A stretch of 64,000 bases of DNA from an uncultured delta proteobacterium (GCA_903911145.1 CAIWCD010000013.1:248001-312000); one strand, 5' to 3'. Shown: positions 29,121 to 39,277, counted from the first letter of the stretch. A program made the numbers and translations. Notes: a model not told the origin generated them from the sequence alone.

Positions 29121-30958
29121 CGTGTGCCGATTCCACTGCGAAGCGGGAGCAAGCCCGCGCTGCGAAACGGCTCCGCGTGCAGAGCCGTGCGCACGGCATC
29201 GGCGGGGTCGCGTTCTCGTGCACGCGCGAGCGCCGCGGCGGAGAGCTCTCCCGCACCGAGCAACAGAGCGACGGCCTTTGCGCGCGACGCACTCTGCTTC
29301 ACCTGCGCGGCCGCGAAGAACTCTCGCTCGGCCGCGCAGCCACCTTCCTTGTGCGCAGCACGCTCGGCCTCGGAGACGCGCTGATCGGCGTTGGCGACGA
29401 GCCCATCCGCCTCGTGGGCCGCGGCCGAGCGGGCCTGCTCCTGTTCAGCATTCGCGCTCACGGCAAAACCGAGGAGGCCCGCCGCCGTGCGCGCGCCAAG
29501 GTCCGCGGCGCAGAGAGCCCAGAGGCGCGGAGCCTGCTCGCCTTCGGCTGGAGGCGCGTCCGCGGCAGCGCCGTGTGTCGCCGAGGCGTGCGCGTCGAGG
29601 GCGCTGCGCACCGCCGACGAGAGGGTCCGCGCGGCCACGATGGCGAGGGATGGCTCGCCGAGGTCGGCCTCGAGCGTCGCAGAGATCAACTGCGCCACCA
29701 GTGAGCGCGGATCGCGCGCAGCCGCGGCCCGAGCCGCCGAGAGCGCACCGACCGCATCGCCCTCCGCGACGAGTGCAACCGCGAGCGCAGCGAGGTGCGA
29801 ACCATCCTGTGCGATCGGTTTGAGCGACGCGGAAGCCCGCGCCCCGCGCAGTCGCGCTTCATCGCCGGGCAGCGAGCGCACGAGGAAGAGCGACGCCTCC
29901 AGCGCACTTTGGGCGACCCAACTCGCCGGCGAAGAGATCTCCGCGAGGAGCGGTTCGAGCAGGCGACCATCGAGGGAGAGCGCCGCAAGCCGGAGCGTCT
30001 GCGCACGGTCGCGCGGAGCAGTCGGCCAGTCCGAAGGAGCTTCGTGAAGCGCGGGAAGATGGAGGGCCTGGGCCGCAGCGACAAGCTCGCGCGCAGCTGC
30101 GCCGCGATGCTTCAAGTCGGCCACCAGAGCGGCCGCGCGCGTCGCGACAGGTGACGTCGGCGTCCCGGCAAGCTCGGCGAGATCGCGCGCATCGAGCCGC
30201 GATGATGCATCTGCAAATGCCAACTCGGCGAGGGCGCGCGAGGAATCGAGGTTGCCGCTGCGCACCCACGCACGCAACTCCGATTCGTCTCCGAGAAGGG
30301 CCGCCTCGTCGACCGCCGCGCGAGCCTCGAGAGTCTGCGCTTCGCCGCGCTGCGCGCCATCGGGATGATTCGCCAGATATGCGCGTAGACGCTCGCGCCG
30401 CAGATGCAACGGCGCCGAAGCGGCCGCGCGAAACGCAGCTTCCGCGAGTGCAACCGACGCTTGCTCGTGACCCGGCGCCGAGGGATGCGCGGCAAGCCAG
30501 GCCTGCAACTCGTTCTCGTTGCGGCTCGACATCGCCGCCACCAACTCCAACTCGGCGATGCGCGCCCAGGCCTCATCCGCGTGCGCCCCGTGCGGTTCGT
30601 CGGCGAGAAAGCCCTGCAGCGCTGGCTCGCTGTTGGCTGCGCTCGCATCGTTCCAGCGCAGCGATTCGAGAAGCATGCGCGCCTCGCGCTGGTGCGCGCC
30701 GTCGGGAAACTCAGAGAGGAACGTGCGCCACGCGAGGATCGTCGCCTGGCGTTTGGCGGCGAAGAACTCCGCGCTCTCCAGCGAATCGCGCACCTGCCCG
30801 GCACGTTTGCCCGAGGGGGAATCGGAGAGGCGCGCGCGGTAGTAGTCGCCGGCCCCGGGACTGTCGGGTGCTGGCTCCGCGTGACCACAAGCAAGCGCCG
30901 CGAGCGAGGAGCAGAGGGCGATGGGCGCGAGTTGCGCGCGGACGGGGCGAGGGAACAT
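29117..30958 (-). CDS. Lipoprotein with helical TPR-like repeats
   Basis: LAALAC lipobox; repeats FLSEFPDGAH, FLADEPHGAH, WLAAHPSAPG, YLANHPDGAQ. Confidence 0.65.
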   Translation of the reverse strand: MFPRPVRAQLAPIALCSSLAALACGHAEPAPDSPGAGDYYRARLSDSPSGKRAGQVRDSLESAEFFAAKRQATILAWRTFLSEFPDGAHQREARMLLESLRWNDASAANSEPALQGFLADEPHGAHADEAWARIAELELVAAMSSRNENELQAWLAAHPSAPGHEQASVALAEAAFRAAASAPLHLRRERLRAYLANHPDGAQRGEAQTLEARAAVDEAALLGDESELRAWVRSGNLDSSRALAELAFADASSRLDARDLAELAGTPTSPVATRAAALVADLKHRGAAARELVAAAQALHLPALHEAPSDWPTAPRDRAQTLRLAALSLDGRLLEPLLAEISSPASWVAQSALEASLFLVRSLPGDEARLRGARASASLKPIAQDGSHLAALAVALVAEGDAVGALSAARAAAARDPRSLVAQLISATLEADLGEPSLAIVAARTLSSAVRSALDAHASATHGAAADAPPAEGEQAPRLWALCAADLGARTAAGLLGFAVSANAEQEQARSAAAHEADGLVANADQRVSEAERAAHKEGGCAAEREFFAAAQVKQSASRAKAVALLLGAGELSAAALARARERDPADAVRTALHAEPFRSAGLLPLRSGIGTR

Positions 30959-31031
30959 AGGCCGCGCACCATAGAGCGAAACGCAACCCGCTTGCGCGCG
31001 CAGAGAGAGGCCGCTATTCGCTCTCTTCTCC

Positions 31032-31733
31032 ATGAACCTGCCCGCGCCCTCGCCCATCGGCGTCGTCTGCGACTTCGACGGCACCGCCACGCTCCTCGAC
31101 ATCGGCGACGAGATCAGCCGGCACTTCGGCGGCGTCGCCCACTGGGAGAGCGAGCGCACCCGCTTCGCGCGCGGAGAGCTCGACACGCGCGGGATCATCG
31201 AAGGCATCTACACGCACGTTACGGCGAGCGAGGACGAGGTGCGCGCGTTCGCGGCCAGCGCGGCCCGGCTGCGTCCTGGGTTCGCTGAACTCGTCGAGGC
31301 CTGCCGCGCCCGAGGCGCTCCGTTCATTCTCGCTTCGGGAGGATTGCGCCAGTACGTCGAGGCCGCGCTCGAGGCGCATCTCTCTCCCGAATTGCGCGCG
31401 CACATCGAGATTCGCGCCAACGAGGCGATCTTCGGACCGCCGCATCTGCGCGTGCGCTTCCCCTGGGACGAGCGCTCGCGCGCAATGGACTGCGCCGCAT
31501 GCGGGTCGTGCAAACGCGTCGCTGTCGCCGATCTGCGCGCGAAGGGCACGTCGTGGGTCCTCGGCATCGGCGACGGCTTCGCTGATCGCTGCCTCGTCGC
31601 CAGTGCCGATCAGGCCTTCGCGAAATCCGGCAGCTACCTGGAGCGGCACTGCGCTGGGAGCGGGATTGCGCACGAAGCCTTCGAGTCGCTCGAGCGAGCC
31701 GCCGCGGTTGTTCGCGAGCATCGCGCGCGCTGA
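31032..31733 (+). CDS. HAD-IB phosphatase, MtnX-like
   Basis: CDFDGTAT, LRPGF, ASGG, CGSCK, IGDGFADRC, FAK. Confidence 0.85.
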   Translation: MNLPAPSPIGVVCDFDGTATLLDIGDEISRHFGGVAHWESERTRFARGELDTRGIIEGIYTHVTASEDEVRAFAASAARLRPGFAELVEACRARGAPFILASGGLRQYVEAALEAHLSPELRAHIEIRANEAIFGPPHLRVRFPWDERSRAMDCAACGSCKRVAVADLRAKGTSWVLGIGDGFADRCLVASADQAFAKSGSYLERHCAGSGIAHEAFESLERAAAVVREHRAR

Positions 31734-31793
31734 TCGTCTGGTACACGCCGTGCATTTCGCGCCTGCTCTCGCCCCTGCGAGCAGGAGTCCGCG

Positions 31794-32810
31794 ATGTCGC
31801 GCAGCCACTGGTTCACTCTTGCGTTCCTCTGCGCTGCCGCCGCACGCGTTGCCTCGGCGGAGCAGTCTGGACCCGATCAGGTCCGAAACGAGACCGTCGC
31901 GGAGCAACTCGAGACGCCTGACCCGTCGCACGAGGAGGACGCGAAGGATGACGCGCCTGCGGCCCCCGGCGCACGAGAGTCGAACGACGCCGAATCGCGC
32001 GCAAGCAGTCTGGGCGCGGACGCGCGCTCGCCCGAATGGGAGCTCGAGCTCAATGTCCTCGGCAGCACGCGCGGCGAAGGAGCGCTCGAAGCGCTCGCGC
32101 GGGGCGAGTTCGGCAGGCTCTCCGCGCTCATCGGAACGGGTAACTCAATCGGTGCGTACGCGGCAGATCGCGAGTGGCTGCGCGGCAGGCTCGCGTGGAA
32201 CTTCGGCGTCGTTGTCTCGCTCGCGACCCTCTGGCAACCCGAGCAGTCGGGCGCATCGCAAGAGCAGTTATCGCTTGGAGTCGGTGCCGAGACCGAGAGC
32301 CGAGAATGGGAGGTCGTGCTCACGCAGCAACGTGCGCAGCTTTCGGGAGCCGCCGCGGGACTGCCCAATTCGCTGCGTGGCGAATCGCTGAATCTCTGCG
32401 GCTTCAGTGCGACGCTCGAGTTCGCGCACGACGTGGCCGCTGGCCTGCGCGCCAATCTGCACGCGGCCGCGGGACTCTTCTCACTCACTCTGCCGCGCAA
32501 CGCGCTGCTTCCCTGGCTGGCCATCTCTCCCTGGAGCCGGATCGGCGAACACGCGCTGATGTGGCCAGCCCGTGCAGAGGGTTCGTTGGGGCTCTCTCTC
32601 GAGCGCGCCTTCGGAACTGCCTCGATCTCGCTGGGCGCAGGCCTCCCCGCGCAGGCCGGCGGCGCAGAGGGAGAGCTGACGTTGGCATTCGAGCGGCCGC
32701 TCGGCCCGGCCACATTCTCGCTCGCCGCGAGCGCCGCACATCTCTGGCCGAACGATCTCTGGCTCGGCTCGCTGACGCTGGGCGCGCGGTGGCACTTCGC
32801 ATCGGGATGA
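31794..32810 (+). CDS. Secreted protein, possible outer-membrane beta-barrel
   Basis: Signal peptide, acidic N-terminus, alternating amphipathic strands, terminal LTLGARWHF; AGGAG SD. Confidence 0.55.
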   Translation: MSRSHWFTLAFLCAAAARVASAEQSGPDQVRNETVAEQLETPDPSHEEDAKDDAPAAPGARESNDAESRASSLGADARSPEWELELNVLGSTRGEGALEALARGEFGRLSALIGTGNSIGAYAADREWLRGRLAWNFGVVVSLATLWQPEQSGASQEQLSLGVGAETESREWEVVLTQQRAQLSGAAAGLPNSLRGESLNLCGFSATLEFAHDVAAGLRANLHAAAGLFSLTLPRNALLPWLAISPWSRIGEHALMWPARAEGSLGLSLERAFGTASISLGAGLPAQAGGAEGELTLAFERPLGPATFSLAASAAHLWPNDLWLGSLTLGARWHFASG

Positions 32811-33628
32811 CCGGGCGCGATCGATCTGGGCTAGCTTGCGCGCCGCATCCTTCCGAGCTCGAGGTCGACGTGCAAGGCAACTGGCTTCTGCTGCGCGGGC
32901 TCGCCCGTGAACAGCGACACTGGGGGACCTTCCCCGCAGCGTTCTCCGCGCAACTCGGCGGCGCGCACGTTGCGTGTCTCGACTTTCCCGGCACGGGTAC
33001 CGAGCACGAGCGACGGAGCCCGAACAGCGTCTCCGCGATCACCGAGGACCTGCGCGCGAGATGGCTCAAGTTGCGCACGGAGCGGGAGGGGCCGTGGAAT
33101 CTGCTCGCGATGTCTCTGGGCGGAATGATCGCGATGGACTGGACCTCGCGCCACGCGACCGATTTCTCCTCGGTCGTTCTGATCAACACCAGCGCCGCCG
33201 ACCTCTCCGTCCCCTGGCGCCGCATCCGCCTCTCGGTGCTGCCCGACATTTTCGGTGCGCTCGTCTCGCGCGATGACCTTCAGCGCAATCGGCGCATCCT
33301 CCGCGCCACCGCGCGCCTCTTGAGCGATCCCGAACCGATCGCGAAATCCTGGGCCGAGATTCAGGCGCAGTCACCGATCGCGCGGACCACCGTGCTCCGA
33401 CAGATCTGGGCGGGCTTCCGCTTTCGCGCGCCGCCGTCTCTTCCGATTCCGACGCTCGTCATCGCCGGTGCGAAGGACCCGCTCTGCGATCCCGAGTGCC
33501 CACGCCGCCTCGCGCTCAGATTCGGCGCGCCGCTGCTGGTCCACCCGAGCGGTGGACACGACCTCTCCCTCGACGATCCTGCCTGGGTCGCCGCGCAGGT
33601 CGGCGCCTGGGCCGCCTCTCGCGCGTAG
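32807..33628 (+). CDS. Alpha/beta hydrolase
   Basis: LLRGLAREQRHW, LDFPGTG, AMSLGG nucleophile elbow, GAKDPL, GGHDL; start ATG 32807 or GTG 32870. Confidence 0.85.
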   Translation: MTGRDRSGLACAPHPSELEVDVQGNWLLLRGLAREQRHWGTFPAAFSAQLGGAHVACLDFPGTGTEHERRSPNSVSAITEDLRARWLKLRTEREGPWNLLAMSLGGMIAMDWTSRHATDFSSVVLINTSAADLSVPWRRIRLSVLPDIFGALVSRDDLQRNRRILRATARLLSDPEPIAKSWAEIQAQSPIARTTVLRQIWAGFRFRAPPSLPIPTLVIAGAKDPLCDPECPRRLALRFGAPLLVHPSGGHDLSLDDPAWVAAQVGAWAASRA

Positions 33629-33668
33629 GCGATCCTTCCCCCGCGCTGCTCTCGCAACGCGACGGCCG

Positions 33669-35762
33669 CTACGGTTTGTTTCCCGTGTTGCCGAGCTTGA
33701 GCTCAAGCAGCGGCTGCCCCTCTTTCGCGATCCCGAGCCCATGCGATTGCACCCGCGCGCGCGCAACACCGCGAGCGACGAGAGCATCGGCCACGGCCTT
33801 CGCGCGCTGCTCCGCCAGCAGGAGCCCCACCAACTCGTCCTCGCCCAACGTCAGATCCGACGCCTCGAGGCGCACGCCCACAGTGACCGGCTCGGCAGCC
33901 CGCACCAGCGCGGCCGCGACTGCCGACAGCGGAGCGAGCGCGCCCGGCAGAAGTTCAGCGGTTCCCGGACGGAATCCAAATCGCTCCGAGAGCTCGACGC
34001 GCGTCGGCGTCACGCGCACGATCGGCTCACCCGCCTCGCGATGCAGCCGCAGATCGCGCGACGCAACTTCCCCCGGCAACACCTCGACGCGCACCGGCTC
34101 TGCGCGATAGCCCGGCGCATGCGCGACGACGTTGAACGAGCCGTGCGGCAGCGCGATCGAATAGCTGCCCTCAAAGATCGGCGCCTCCACCGGCGTGCCA
34201 CCGCTCGCGGCCCCAGCTCCGTTCAGCCCAACGAGCTCAACCGACGCGCGCAGCGGTCGACCATCGTCGCCGAAGATCTTCCCGCGCACGGTCGCGTCGG
34301 TCAGCTGCGGCTGCAGCGCCACAGTCAGCTCGCGCATCTGCCCCTCAAAGATCGTCGCGCCCGCGGAGAATGGATCGTAGCCATCGTGCGCAACCGCGAG
34401 CGTGAGTGGACCCGGCGCCGCATCAAGCTGCGCGCGACCATCCGCACCGGTCATCGCGTCGAGATCGTTCAGCTCAACAACGCTCACCCACGCATTCTCG
34501 AGCGGCTCCTGAGTGCGCGAATCGATCACAAGCAGCGCGATGCGTCCCTTGCCTTGGGCGATCGGCGGAGTCGGAGCCGTTGGAGGCGCACTGCTCGCAG
34601 AAGGCCCGGTCCCGACCGCCTGGCCAAGCAGCGGAGCGCGCGACGGAGAGTCGACGTGCGCTGTCGCGCTCGCCTTCGGAGGATCGCGAAGCACTGGGGG
34701 CTTGCGCTTGAGCACGTCGAGGTTGAGCGCATACGACAGACTCACCAGCGCACGCCAGGGCGGATTCGGCGCCCAGCCCGGCATCGGCAGCGAATCAGCT
34801 TCGGGCCGCCCCGTGCGGGTCAGCGAGATCCCGAGCGCCGCCGTGGCGGTCAGCCCGTGAACACCGGTGCGGATCGCCGTCGCGCCCAGGAAGATCTCCG
34901 CGCGAGGAGGATGACTCCCCGCAGGGAGAGCCTCCTGTCGCCCGACGGGGGACTCGAGCAGAAACTCCACGACTGGCGCGGCCAAGCGCATCGGGGACTG
35001 CAGCGAGAGTCCGCCCTGCACGCGATCGTAGCGCGAGAGCCCGAGCGCGTAGGTCGGGAAGGTCTGCAGCGAGCTCACGAGATTGGAGCTCTGATCGAGC
35101 ACGTAACCCGCGCAGAGCGTGCCCACGAGCGGCAGCGATCCCAGAAGAGGCACACGAGAGATCGAGCCCGCGAAGGAGGCCATCGCAGCCGCGCGTCCGC
35201 CCGTGCCCTTGAACGAGACGCTCCCCACGCTCGCCGGAAGATCGAGCTGCACCAGCGCACCGGCGGAGAGAGGCCCCCAAGCGCGCAGCACCAGCTTCAC
35301 GCCGAGATCTGCGTCGCCGATCGAAGTCAGCGTCTGCCGCGATGACGGGCCGAATCGGTTCGCGTCGGAAAAACCGATCGCGCCGTAGGTCTCGAGCCAC
35401 TGGAGAGGCGCGAACGAGATGCCGAGCACAACCTGCGCCCGCTGGATGGTCGCGCCGCGGAGGAGAAAATCGCCGCCACGGAAGTAGTCGGCCGCAGCGC
35501 CCAGTTCGAGACGATTCGGCTCAGGCAGCGCGAGAGCAGGCAGCGCGAGGGTTCCCTGCGCGCCAGAGACGAGCATGCCGGACGCAGGGGCGACGAACGA
35601 GGAGAGGGCGTCGATCGCTGTCGACGAACCGGCATCAGCGAGACCGGCGTCGGCGGGCTCGGCGTCCGCGGTAGAGAGCGCAGCCTGCTGCGCGCCTTCG
35701 GCCGAGGGCGAGAGCGCCGAGATGAGAAGCGCTGCCAGCGCAGCGATGGACGAGACGTGCAT
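33669..35762 (-). CDS. Outer-membrane protein: putative barrel + two carboxypeptidase-regulatory-like domains + OmpA-like C-terminus
   Basis: Signal peptide; strand-rich N-terminal half; LVIDSRTQEPL and VRGKIFGDDGRPL...APGY domains; LAEQRAKAVADALVARGV...HGLG. Confidence 0.7.
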   Translation of the reverse strand: MHVSSIAALAALLISALSPSAEGAQQAALSTADAEPADAGLADAGSSTAIDALSSFVAPASGMLVSGAQGTLALPALALPEPNRLELGAAADYFRGGDFLLRGATIQRAQVVLGISFAPLQWLETYGAIGFSDANRFGPSSRQTLTSIGDADLGVKLVLRAWGPLSAGALVQLDLPASVGSVSFKGTGGRAAAMASFAGSISRVPLLGSLPLVGTLCAGYVLDQSSNLVSSLQTFPTYALGLSRYDRVQGGLSLQSPMRLAAPVVEFLLESPVGRQEALPAGSHPPRAEIFLGATAIRTGVHGLTATAALGISLTRTGRPEADSLPMPGWAPNPPWRALVSLSYALNLDVLKRKPPVLRDPPKASATAHVDSPSRAPLLGQAVGTGPSASSAPPTAPTPPIAQGKGRIALLVIDSRTQEPLENAWVSVVELNDLDAMTGADGRAQLDAAPGPLTLAVAHDGYDPFSAGATIFEGQMRELTVALQPQLTDATVRGKIFGDDGRPLRASVELVGLNGAGAASGGTPVEAPIFEGSYSIALPHGSFNVVAHAPGYRAEPVRVEVLPGEVASRDLRLHREAGEPIVRVTPTRVELSERFGFRPGTAELLPGALAPLSAVAAALVRAAEPVTVGVRLEASDLTLGEDELVGLLLAEQRAKAVADALVARGVARARVQSHGLGIAKEGQPLLELKLGNTGNKP

Positions 35763-35895
35763 GAAGTTCGGTGCCGCGCACGAAAGGGAGCGTGCGACGG
35801 CGGACTCCCGAACTTGCCACACGAGGCGATCAGTTGCGAGCGCGTTGGCGAGACTCCGCGGCGAACGTGCGCCGCGGAGCGAGGGAGGTGGACGT

Positions 35896-36123
35896 CTACG
35901 CCGCCGAGGCGTTCCCCGAGAGTGCCATCATCGCCATCGCGCGATTGAGCAGACGCAGTCGATGACGGGCCAGCGCCACCGCGCGACGGCCATGCGGCGC
36001 CCCCTCGCGAAGCCGCGCCACCGCGTCCGTGAACTGCTCGTACGCAAGCTGGACCCTCGCAACCAGAGCGATGCGATTGACCCGCTGCCGCTTGTCTCCA
36101 CGCTTCGTCGAATGGCGGTGCAT
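35896..36123 (-). CDS. Small basic helical hypothetical protein (75 aa)
   Basis: AAGGAGG SD 5 nt before ATG; fills the gap between the response regulator and the OmpA-like gene. Confidence 0.7.
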   Translation of the reverse strand: MHRHSTKRGDKRQRVNRIALVARVQLAYEQFTDAVARLREGAPHGRRAVALARHRLRLLNRAMAMMALSGNASAA

Positions 36124-36156
36124 GAGAGCCTCCTTCGCTGGTCTGCGAGGGAGGGA

Positions 36157-36173
36157 TGCACGCCGCCGGCCAA
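36157..36173 (-). promoter_or_regulatory. Putative sigma54 -24/-12 promoter of the 75-aa gene
   Basis: Minus strand TTGGCCGGCGGCGTGCA = GG-N10-GC. Confidence 0.55.
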
Positions 36174-36281
36174 GTGATGCGTCGGCGCGGCGACAGCGAA
36201 AAGCCTACTGCATATCGATGGGTTGTCTGCAGGCGCGGTCTCGGACGCGCAGGGAGATTCCGCCACGGACGGCGTGCAGTG

Positions 36282-36305
36282 ACGTTTCTGACGCGTCAGA
36301 AACGT
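36282..36305. promoter_or_regulatory. Perfect 24-bp palindrome, candidate enhancer-binding-protein site
   Basis: ACGTTTCTGACGCGTCAGAAACGT, about 110 bp upstream of the -24 box. Confidence 0.55.
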
Positions 36306-36331
36306 GAGCCGCTGACAATTCGGCAGCGCGC

Positions 36332-37711
36332 CTACTCGTCTTTGCCGAGCAGACGCGAGAGCGTCTTGCGATCGATGCCGAGCGCTTCCGCGGCGCGCGT
36401 CTTGTTGCCGCCGAGTTCGCGCAGCACGCGATCGGCATAGCGGCGGTTGAGCTCATCGAGCGTCGGACGATCCTTGACGAGCGCATCGGTCGCTGCATCC
36501 CGCACAGGCTCCGGTGCGCGCACGCGATGGCGCACAGCCTCGGGAAGATCGTCGACGAGAATTGTGCCACCCGGATTGAGCGCGAGCGCGCGCGCCACAG
36601 CGTTCTCGAGTTCGCGCACGTTGCCTGGCCAGTCGTAGGCCATCATCGCCTCGCGCGCTTCGGTCGTGATGTTCGCGCCGCGCGCGCCTGCGTGCCGCGA
36701 GGCGAAGTACTCGGCGAGCAGCGGAATGTCCTCGCGCCGCTCGCGCAGTGCGGGCAGCGAGATCGAGACGACGTTGAGCCGATAGTAGAGATCCTCGCGG
36801 AACTTTCCGGTGCGCGCGGCCTCGGCAAGATCCTTGTTGGTCGCGGCCACCACGCGCGCGTTCACGCGCACCGGCTGCGATTCGCCGACGCGCCGGATCT
36901 CCCCTTCCTGCAACACGCGAAGCAGTTGGCTCTGGATGCGCGGACCGACGTCACCGATCTCGTCGAGGAAGAGCGTGCCGCCGCTCGCCTCCTCGAAGAG
37001 TCCCTTGCGTGCGCCGGTCGCGCCGGTGAATGAGCCGCGCGCGTGTCCGAACAGTTCGCTCTCGAGCACGCCCTCGGCGATCGCGCCGCAGTCGACCGCG
37101 ATGAACGGCTCGGCCGCACGAGGAGAGGCGCCGTGGATCGCACGGGCGACAAGTTCCTTGCCCGTCCCGCTCTCGCCGAGCACCAGCACGGTCGCGTCGG
37201 TCGCGGCCACGCGCGCCGCAGTCTTGTAGACCTGCAGCATCGTCGGACTGATCCCCACGACATTTCCCAGCGAGTGGCGATCGCGAATCTCCCGCTTGAG
37301 CCGCCGATTCTCCGCCGCGAGACTTCGATGTCTGAGCGCGCGATCGACGACGACCTGCAGAGCCGTGTAGTCGATCGGCTTGAAGATGTAGTCGTACGCG
37401 CCGCCGCGGATCGCCTCGACCGCGCTGTTGAGCGTGCCGTTCGCGGTCACGAGAATCACCGGCGTGTCGGGCGCGCAGGACTGCACCTGCTCGAGCACCT
37501 TGTCGCCGTCGACGTCGTTCATCCGCCAATCGGTGATGATGAGATCGTAGCCGTCGCCGCCCGAGGCCTGCTCCGCGCGGACCGCCGCAATCGCATCGGA
37601 ACCATCGGGCAGCGCCGTGATCGCGTGGCCCTCGCCCGAGAGGAAACTCGCCAGCGCATTGCGCGACGGCTCATCATCTTCGACCACGAGAATGCGCGCC
37701 CGATCCGTCAT
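36332..37711 (-). CDS. sigma54-dependent NtrC-family response regulator
   Basis: Receiver (VEDD, TDWRM, KP), GESGTGKE, GSFTGA, FLDEIGD, FREDLYYRL, WPGNVRELEN, Fis-type HTH. Confidence 0.95.
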   Translation of the reverse strand: MTDRARILVVEDDEPSRNALASFLSGEGHAITALPDGSDAIAAVRAEQASGGDGYDLIITDWRMNDVDGDKVLEQVQSCAPDTPVILVTANGTLNSAVEAIRGGAYDYIFKPIDYTALQVVVDRALRHRSLAAENRRLKREIRDRHSLGNVVGISPTMLQVYKTAARVAATDATVLVLGESGTGKELVARAIHGASPRAAEPFIAVDCGAIAEGVLESELFGHARGSFTGATGARKGLFEEASGGTLFLDEIGDVGPRIQSQLLRVLQEGEIRRVGESQPVRVNARVVAATNKDLAEAARTGKFREDLYYRLNVVSISLPALRERREDIPLLAEYFASRHAGARGANITTEAREAMMAYDWPGNVRELENAVARALALNPGGTILVDDLPEAVRHRVRAPEPVRDAATDALVKDRPTLDELNRRYADRVLRELGGNKTRAAEALGIDRKTLSRLLGKDE

Positions 37712-37720
37712 GCGCGCTTT

Positions 37721-39259
37721 CTACACGGCCTCAGCGGGGAAGCGTACGGTGAAGACGCTGCCGCGCCCGGGCTCGCTCTCGACGTCGATGCGCCCCTTCA
37801 TCGCGCGCACGATCTCTTTGCAGATCGCCAGTCCAAGCCCTGTGCCCTTCCCCGTCGGCTTGGTGGTGAAGAACGGCTCGAAGATGTGCCGCTTCACCTC
37901 GGCCGGCATGCCCGCGCCGCTGTCCTCGACGCGCAGAATCAGCTCTCTGCCCTCGTGGTGCGCCTGCACATCGAGCGTCCCGCCCTGAGGCATGGCGTCG
38001 ACCGCGTTGGCCACCAGATTGGTCAGCAGGTGGCGCACGAGCCCGGGGTCGATGCGGAACTTCCCGTCCTCCACCACGCGCGTGACGCGGACCTTCGCGC
38101 GCGCCTCCGCGCCCAGCGTGAGATCGAGCGCCTCCTCGACCATCGCGCCGAGGTGCACATCCTCGAGAGTCGGCGTGAAGCCGCGCGTCTGATCGAGGAA
38201 CCGCCGGATGATCTGCGCCATCCTCTGCACTTCATTCCCGACGGTCTGCACCTGGTTCTTCGCGGGCTCCGGCAGATCCGATCTGCGCGCGAGCAACTGG
38301 ACATGGCCGCTGATGGCGTTGAGCGGGTTGCCCAGCTCGTGCGCGATCGTGCCCGCGAGCTGACCCAGTGCGGCCAGGCGCTCCTGCGCGGTGAGATCGC
38401 GGCGCGCGTTGACGAGCAATTCGTTGAGTTCCTCCAGCGCGCGATTCTTCCGCGTCAGCTCTGCCGTCGCGTGCTCGACCTTCGCGGTCAGCTCCTTCTT
38501 GTTGTCGTGGATCTGCTCGAGCATCCGATTGAACCCGCGCGCGAGGACCGCGAGTTCGTCGCCGCCGCTCGCAGGCACCGGCACCGCGGCGTTGAGCTGC
38601 CCGCCCTCGACCGCGCGCATCGACGTCTCGAGGATTCGCACGCGCGTGACGAGGATGCGGCTGATTCCGAGAAAAAGCGCGAGCGAGAGAAAGAGCGCGG
38701 CGCCGATCGCGACAGGAAGGATCGCGTGACGTTCCGCTTCGGTGATGCGCGAGGCCTCCTCGAGCGAGGTGGTCAGCGAGAGGCGGGCCTTGCGTCCGCG
38801 GTTGTCCGTGAACGGCTGCGAGACCAGCAGGGCGCGGCCTTGCGCATCGACGACCGTGCTGTAGACGCTGCGTGCGCCCGCCCACGCGATCGGCCCGCGG
38901 CTGCGCTCGAAGACAATCGCGTCTGCTTTCGCGTAGGCGACGTTGAAGTCTGCATCGCTGCCGAGCGCGGCTTGCCTCGCGACCTCGGCGCGCAGCAGTC
39001 GGCCCGGATGTCGGCGGATCGCCGAGGCCAGCTCTTCCGAGAGTGCGTCGTCGTCGTCGCTGCGCGCGTGCCGCAACGCGATCGCCGTCTCGCGTGCCAA
39101 CTCGACGGTGCTGTTCTGGATCTCCGACTCAACCGCGCTCTGCGCCGTCGAGAGGCCGATGCGAAAGGCCATCCCGACGGTGCCCATCAAGACGAGGACG
39201 AACAACCCGAGCAGCTTGACCGGCAGCGAGTTGAGCCGGATGGCGCGGGTCGCCGGCAC
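37721..39259 (-). CDS. Membrane sensor histidine kinase with HAMP domain
   Basis: Two TM segments, DELAVLARGFNRM, AHELGNPL, NLVANA, DSGAG, FFTTK, GTGLGL. Confidence 0.93.
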   Translation of the reverse strand: MPATRAIRLNSLPVKLLGLFVLVLMGTVGMAFRIGLSTAQSAVESEIQNSTVELARETAIALRHARSDDDDALSEELASAIRRHPGRLLRAEVARQAALGSDADFNVAYAKADAIVFERSRGPIAWAGARSVYSTVVDAQGRALLVSQPFTDNRGRKARLSLTTSLEEASRITEAERHAILPVAIGAALFLSLALFLGISRILVTRVRILETSMRAVEGGQLNAAVPVPASGGDELAVLARGFNRMLEQIHDNKKELTAKVEHATAELTRKNRALEELNELLVNARRDLTAQERLAALGQLAGTIAHELGNPLNAISGHVQLLARRSDLPEPAKNQVQTVGNEVQRMAQIIRRFLDQTRGFTPTLEDVHLGAMVEEALDLTLGAEARAKVRVTRVVEDGKFRIDPGLVRHLLTNLVANAVDAMPQGGTLDVQAHHEGRELILRVEDSGAGMPAEVKRHIFEPFFTTKPTGKGTGLGLAICKEIVRAMKGRIDVESEPGRGSVFTVRFPAEAV

Positions 39260-39277
39260 TTGACAGGAGCCTCGTCT

